Origin: Octopus vulgaris
Taxonomy: Eukaryota
Direction of reading: 5' to 3'
Assembly (NCBI GenBank): GCA_951406725.2
Contig: OX597824.1
Location: 62,620,001 to 62,684,000 of the forward strand
DNA: 64,000 nt
Shown here: one piece after another, positions 56,911-64,000 of the stretch
Position numbering within the stretch: the stretch's first letter is position 1
Layout of the letters: each line of letters begins with the position of its first letter
The notes under the pieces: generated by a model
What the model saw: the letters and a program-made list of their open reading frames with translations, nothing else
Told to the model about the DNA's origin: nothing
Database searches by the model: none
Translations under genes and position numbers: made by a program

Positions 56911-57051
56911 TTATAATTATAAGCATACTTATGATTAGGGTTCAGCAAATTGCTTCACCACATACCGAAATTTAGAAATAGCAGTTAAAATCTGCTGTAT
57001 GTGGTGAGGCAATTTGCTGAACCGCAATTATAATTATGCTTGTAATTATAA
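56911..57051. repeat. Fold-back inverted repeat (55-bp arms, 31-nt spacer)
   Basis: ggttcagcaaattgcttcaccacatac ... gtatgtggtgaggcaatttgctgaacc, extending outward. Confidence 0.9.
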
Positions 57052-57375
57052 AATATTTGTGTAATGTTTACCGATAAAGGTTATTGTAACATACCGAACT
57101 ATTTGGTAAAATAATTAATTATTAATTAATTAAGTTTACCCTTTATTATTATTGAGTATATATATATATATATATATATAACCCCAGACGAATGTTCGGC
57201 AGAATCGTTCACTTTGAAGCAATATGTATCGGGTTCGATGCATTGTGCGACACATTCGATAAGGCAGTATATATATATATCTGAGAAATGCTCAAGAAAG
57301 CTCTGAAACACTTCCTGAGTTAATACTCCACGATGTTTTCTCAAACGTAAGTTACATTTCATTCTCAGGGAGATA

Positions 57376-57427
<52 letters not shown>

Positions 57428-57429
<2 letters not shown>

Positions 57430-57720
57430 TTTGCCTTTCATCATTTCTGGGTCGATAAATTAATTACCAGTTGCGAACTGGGAGCATCTAATCAACTGGG
57501 CCCTCCTCCCAAATTTCAGGCCTCGTGCACATAGTAGAAAGAATTATTATTATTGTTATATAAATCAAAGCGGTGTGATGACAGAATCGTTAGCGCGCAC
57601 GTTCTCAGTTCACATCTCGCCCAGGTTGACTTTGTTTTCATAATTTCGGAGTCGATTAAATAAGTATCAGTTACGCACTAGAGTAGATGTAATCGACGTA
57701 ATCCCCATCCCACAAGGTGT
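57428..57720 (+). mobile_element. Two SINE family B pieces
   Basis: ttttgcctttcatc..gggtcgataaattaa; cagaatcgttagc..gttgactttg. Confidence 0.75.
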
Positions 57721-58092
57721 CCGTGTGGCAAAATTTGACTACTGAATGTATTTTCGAAAAATGTTAAGCATATTGTATACTACACCTTGTTAAACACTTC
57801 TCTCACAGAAAAATTATGTATAATAGCTCGTCATGCCTCACGATTCATTGACTACCAATTATTGTATGGATATCTTGTGTCCTTATTCCAGCGAAGAATA
57901 TATAAAGTTAGCGTTTCAACTAATGATTTTACTAGTACATAACTGAAATGTATATGCTAATTTGGTTTCGGTGTGTTTACATGCATAACACAACGAGTTA
58001 GAAACCTAAGATATACTTGATGTTGATCTAAAGTAAATTTTTTTTGAAAGTAATAGTTTACATAATACAAAATAATTTTTGCTTCTAATACA

Positions 58093-58535
58093 TAGGGCCG
58101 CAGGAGTGGCTTATAGGCACTGTGGCAAATGTAGGCGCAGGAGTGGCTGTCTGGTGAGTAGCTTACCAACCATATGGTTCCAGGTTCAGTTGTATTGCGC
58201 GGCACCTTGGGCAAATGACTTCTACTATAGCATCGGGCCGACCATAGTGATGACTTCTACTATAGCCTCGGGCCGATCATAGCGTGTGAGTGGATTTGGT
58301 AGAGGGAAACTGAAAGAAGCCGGCCGTATATGTATATATGTGTGTATATGTTTGTGTGTCTGTTCTTGCCCCTCACCACCACTACCATCGCTTGACAACC
58401 GATGTTGGCAAAAGAGACCGATAGAACAATTACTAGGCTTGTAATGGATAAGTTCTGATATTTATTTGTTCGACTAAAGGCGATGCTCCAGGAGGCTGCA
58501 GTGAAATGGCTGAAACAAATAAAACAATAAAAGAA
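58093..58535 (+). mobile_element. SINE family A with duplicated head and internal duplication
   Basis: cgcaggagtggct occurs twice; tgact..ctactatagc.tcgggccga occurs twice. Confidence 0.88.
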
Positions 58536-58896
58536 TTATGTTAGATGAAAGATATATTTTTTTATCATGGACCCAATAACACGGGATATATAGATTTATT
58601 GTTTCCTGCCATCCAATTTGATATAAATTTTGATTTCTATGAAACAGAATGGGGTTGTTTCTGCAGCAGTAATAAAAGGATCAAATGCCCGTGAACCTCA
58701 TGAGGACAACACACTGCAGTGCTCTTACAGCAGAAAAAAATATATTAGCAAGTTATATCGGTATAAAGGTTAAAGATAAGAAATTAGAAACTATTTCGTG
58801 TGTGTATAGATACACACACACACACCACATACACAGATGTACGTATGTTTGTATATGTATGAACGTAACTATGTATACTTATGTCTGTGTGTGTAC

Positions 58897-58932
<36 letters not shown>

Positions 58933-60853
58933 AAATCTCTTCATCTTTCATTGGTGTTAGATATTTGGTATTTTAATGGCACTAATATGCTGCTTTCGTA
59001 CTGTCTGCATATTCTTCTCTATCTTAAGCAACCTGACTAACAAAATTTAATATATTTGTACATTGTGTCACACATGTTGCTGGTTTATTTGATGTTAAAA
59101 AACTGATGAAAGTTTTATTGAACATGAGCACATAAATTGCCTTTAATTTACCGTAGAACATTGACCTACCTCCGTCTTGTTTGTCACATCTTGGACTATT
59201 AACTAGTGACGCACTAAGTAGTGTTGATTGAAATAGAGATGGTGTTTAAAACATGACATTCGTGTACACTCAAACGTGGTAAAATATTTGCAGCGAAATC
59301 TGCTTGGGGAGATAAATTCTCCAGTTACGCAACACGAGAGAAAAACACACTACTGGACTATCAATGACGTCATCAGAGCGTGAGAAAAAATGTTTTCGTA
59401 ACGTAACACTCCATCGACTACGAACACTGAATCCGTCATTCATCGCTCAATCTCCATGTAGAAAATTAGGACAACGTTGCTTATTACTTGAATTTATTAT
59501 TTATATTCTTTTCGATTTTCAGCGCTTTATATTATCATACTTTCTACATATGAATTGAGAACTTAATGTTCCTACAGACTACTTTCATCTTGATCAGTTT
59601 ACGTCAGCTTCGTTAGCAGGTAAGCAATATGGTGTGTTACGTTATTATTAAATGGAAACAGTTAAATGGAAATGGAAACATTACATGGAAACGGAAACAT
59701 ACTTTACACTAATATCTAAGCATATTAAACTTCACGAACCAGTTTAGAATCTTCCATCTTAATTGCACAGTGATCAGAAATTGTGACTGGCAAGTAAAAA
59801 AAGTTATTGCAATTCTAATTCAATTCAGTGATATATATGTACGAATTTCTATATGTGGAAATATGTTCTGGTTCTTGTATTTCATTATCACAAACGCTTG
59901 CAAATTGCATCACTTGCAGTTCAGGCACGTAAGGAGCAGAAAAAATAAATCTTAACAATTTTCTGGTTCATTTTCAGAAAGAGAAATAAGCGAAAAGATC
60001 TGAAAGTAAAATGATATAACAGTGGATTACAGTTAATTCTTTCCTTGCTAAAGATACATAATTTAGAGTTCGTAAACTTAGTCATAACTTATTTCAGCAT
60101 TTTTCCTGTTTTCTATGGTTTTATAACATTCTGCACACAGGAAAGCGAAATTATGTGGAAAATATAGGAAAGATTTGAATTACAAATGTCTCTCAATACA
60201 CGAACAATTTAAAGTATTATTCCATTATTGCATTTCGCGCCAACATTGCAGAATAATGTGAAAACTGTACCTCATACAATATCAGAAATATTCATCATGT
60301 ATCGCGTTAACATTTCGTTTAGGATATTCAATGTCTGCAGAAAAGAGAAACTCATCATAGCAGGGAGATGTATGCTTACTGAACAACACTTGAGAGCAGA
60401 CTTGATATTAATCAACGATATTAACATATTTTCTTCTATAGGAACAAGGCGTTAAATTGCCCCACCACCAGTGGTTAACTGGTACCTTCTTCATGTTGCC
60501 CGGAAATATTAAGCATAAAATTGACCGTGGTGTAATTTCAACACAGAATGTAAATCGGGTGAAAGCGATATAAAACTATACACTAAATGTTACGTGTCAT
60601 ATATTCAATGTGCTCCGGAATACGTGTTTGAGACATTGTACTTCAACATACTGCGCCACAGATTTCGACTCATACATATTTTATCGGTCTACATTGATAC
60701 ACTGCTGGGTTACGAAGACATAAACGAAGCAACAAAAACAATAACAGTAAAAAATGGTGGAGATGGCATAAAAACTCGAACACAAACACTCATGCATACA
60801 TGCACACACATATATGCGTGTGCATGTATATATATATATATACATACATACGT

Positions 60854-60890
<37 letters not shown>

Positions 60891-60959
60891 CATACATATA
60901 CATATATATATATACATATATGTATGTAAAATATTTGAAGAAATGAATGATACCACTTA

Positions 60960-61580
60960 CTAAAAATCAAAGCGAGAGATTTTAAAAAGAAACACCAGTT
61001 CTACGATAAATACACACACGGGCAATGTAATGAATAATTTACAAAATAGGCCTACTTTTACGATGGAATATGAAAGCAGCTAATACATATCCCAATATCA
61101 ATTGATTCCATGCTGTGCATGAGGAAACATGCTCTGCAATCGTCAGTTGGAAATAGTATTTGTCATCTGTTTCTAAAATATTCATGACGCCAACTCGTGT
61201 GCGTTTCTAACATTAAAGTCCCACTCCGTTTAAAGAGAAAACCTATCGCAAACAATAAAAAAGTAAATAGGTGAAGTTGTATTATTGTTAAAAACAATAA
61301 TAATGAGGTAGCTAGCAAGACGTCTACATGTACAGGTATAATTTTTGAAGAAAAGAAGTGCAAAGATATCGCTTGATAAAATCAAAGCGAAAGCTTTAAA
61401 AAAACCAAATATACGATAAATACACACACGAGCAATATAAAGAATATTTGTTTTAAATAGGCCTACCTTTAGGATGGAATATGAAGGCAGCTAATACATA
61501 TCCCGATATCAATTGATTTCATACTGCGCATGAGAAACATGCTCTACGTGAATCGTGTGAGTTTCTAACATTAATTTGGA
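60960..61580 (+). repeat. Diverged tandem duplication (~415-bp period)
   Basis: aaaatcaaagcga...tacgataaatacacacacg...gatggaatatgaa.gcagctaatacatatccc at ~60963 and ~61378. Confidence 0.85.
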
Positions 61581-61639
61581 GGATTCCAAAAGAGGTTTCT
61601 GATATGGTTTCGTAATATTTTGCTGTTAGCTTACTGGTC

Positions 61640-62446
61640 AATTTCATAGGTATGTTGAAGATGAGACAGACAGAGAAATAAGATGGCTGTGGATGACTAA
61701 AAGTGATTTAAAACCGGAAATAGAGGCTCTCATCTGTGCTGCCCAATATCAAGCACTAAGAACAAACTACGTAAAATACAGAGTAGACAACACAGCAGAA
61801 AGTGATAAGTGCGGAATCTGTGGACAAAACGGTGAAATCGTATGGCATATTACCAACTAATGTACGCCACTAGCCCAGAAGAAATATAAGAAACGCCACG
61901 GCAATATAGCCAGGCTTGCCCATTAGACACTTTGCAACAAGTATGGACTTGAGAGAGCAAAAATTTGGTACGACCACAAACCTGAAGGTATCGTCGAAAA
62001 TAGAAATGCAAAGATCCTATGGGATTTTATGATTCAGTGCGACCATAAGATAGAGAATAGGAAGTCGGACTTAGTCTTAATTTAGAAAGAAAACAAACTA
62101 TGGTTGATCATAGATACAGTATGCCCAGCTGACAACAAGGTATGCGATAAAGAAGAAAGAAAAGTCGAGGGATATGAGAGGTTTGCTCAGGAAGTTAAGC
62201 AGTTGTGGACGATGAAAAAGATAACAGTAGTACCAATAATTGTCGGAGCCCTGGGAACAGTGAGCAAAAATCTCAAGCAGTACGTGAAACAAATAGGGGC
62301 TGCAATAAGGGTGGAGCACTTGCAGAAAACAGCACTGCTTGGAACCTCTCGAATACTCCGGAAGGTGCTCTAATAATAAGAGGTGTCGCCTTAGTTCTCT
62401 GGTAGTGAACAGCTGACATCTCCAGCGTTAGAAGCTGTGCAAATGC

Positions 62447-62448
<2 letters not shown>
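61640..62448 (+). mobile_element. R4/Dong-like 3' fragment
   Basis: SDLKPEIEALICAAQ, CGICGQNGEIVWHI, ILWDFMIQCD, IIDTVCP, VVPIIVGALG, GTSRILRKVL*; ends in (AAT)n. Confidence 0.92.
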
Positions 62449-62513
<65 letters not shown>

Positions 62514-62557
62514 GTTGTGGGGAATTAAAAAATTATGATCACCCATTTAGGTAATAG

Positions 62558-62729
62558 TACGAAGCCCAGTATACTCACCATGATTACCCATCTTATAAGA
62601 GTACACCACATATGGTTGTGATGCATGTACCTGGTGTACCCTTATCAGACGGATAGTCATGAAGGGTATACTGGGCTTCGTATATTTTACTCCAGTGTCA
62701 CTTTGATGGCATGCACTGTTCTCTCATTT
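62558..62729 (+). mobile_element. Element X 3' end with an inverted copy at its left edge
   Basis: 62609-62729 matches the element X 3' end; 62558-62608 is the diverged reverse complement of 62632-62682. Confidence 0.8.
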
Positions 62730-62759
62730 AATAATGACTATAATAATTGTGTCGAATTT

Positions 62760-63650
62760 ACAAAATTAGATATGACCACCTAAATAAGTAATAGTGAGAA
62801 AATCTTATTTAGTTCTGGTAGTGTAACAGTAGGAGATAGGGAAATCAAAAACATAAATGTCGACAATCAGAAATGAAAATAGCATCATATGAGTGACCAG
62901 AGAAGGATTTGTATACTGGATCTCCGAAATAGTTACAGAAAATAGCAATAGTGAAACATGATTGTAGTTGCAGAAAGGGAGGCAGCTGAAAAGGAAAAGA
63001 GAAAGTTCGTTAGTACCAGAAGATCAGGCATTGAGGACTAATATGATAAAAGCCAAGATAGACAAAAAAATAGGTATAATCAAAATGTAGGTTATGTAAA
63101 TCAAGTAAGGGAGAGTTAGTGAATATGGGATGTTAGCACGCAAAGGATACAAGGAAAAAAATCATAATAACCAAGGGCAAATGTTCGACCGGAAGTTATG
63201 TAGAAAGCTATTATTTGAGGTGGTAGGTGGTATGAACATGAACCTACTTAAGAAACATAAGATGTTTTGGGATTTCAACATTCAGACTAACAGAGTAATA
63301 GAAACTAAATGGAATGGTTTAGTAGCAGTAGACAGAGGGAATAGAAAGTGCCACGTTTTTGAATTCACAGTCCCAAATATGAGAAAATCAATAAGGGAGG
63401 TATTGAGAAAAAAGAAAAGTAGCAGGGCATTGCCATTGAGTCTATGGAGATTATGTATCCGAGTAACTATGGTTGCATTAGGGACTAGTCATAAAGATTT
63501 TAACAGATTGGTAGAGGAAGTAGCTATAAACCTACTTTTGGACAGTTCCAGAAAATAGTATATTTAGGGAACAGCTTGGATAATTGGGGATGTCCTTGGC
63601 ACCTAAGGTTAATTGCTGTAGCCCGATGCTACGAATTTTCCGAACAGTCT
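62760..63650 (+). mobile_element. Older R4-like 3' fragment
   Basis: LARKGYK, MFWDFNIQTNRVIE, FEFTVP, VALGT; heavily decayed. Confidence 0.75.
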
Positions 63651-63797
63651 AATCTGTTGTGCTTAAACAAAATAATAATAGCAGCAACGATAATGATATT
63701 ATTAACAGATAATTTAGAAAAAAAATAACAATGTAACAATAATAATGATAATAGTAAAAATAGTCAAGATAAAAAGAATTAAAAATGTAGAAATGTG

Positions 63798-63880
<83 letters not shown>

Positions 63881-64000
63881 CGTATGTATGTATATGTATA
63901 TATGTGTGTGTGTGTGGCTGAATAGACGCGCGCAACTGTGTGTAAATGTGCATGCATATATATAGACATACATATGTATATACATATATACATTTATATA

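Noticed and set aside
59364-59373. Palindromic CRE site ATGACGTCAT
   Set aside because: Single short motif without supporting context; could occur by chance.

Overview
AT-rich, microsatellite-saturated eukaryotic DNA. The SINE families and repeat landscape look like a coleoid cephalopod, probably Octopus; this is pattern recognition, not a database result. No intact host gene can be supported, and nearly all ORFs in the track are microsatellite translations or transposon remnants. Decayed mobile elements dominate: three tRNA-derived SINE families; several R4/Dong-type RLE non-LTR retrotransposons nested in (TAA)n tracts with a ~550-bp non-coding companion element ('X'); Penelope-like (GIY-YIG) remnants; a DD37D maT transposon; two mariners; a Helitron with both termini; two Gypsy-like LTR+PBS units; and RTE-derived pieces. 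Strongest signals: (1) several minimal type-I hammerhead ribozyme motifs, mostly in short repeats next to (TA)n, including one apparently intact copy (48998-49088) and copies with altered cores; (2) a 5-kb train of TAA-targeting retroelements (36930-41860); (3) a CCAAT + RFX X-box + NRF1-like motif cluster near a CpG-rich patch (52.7-53.7 kb). Boundaries of decayed repeats are approximate.
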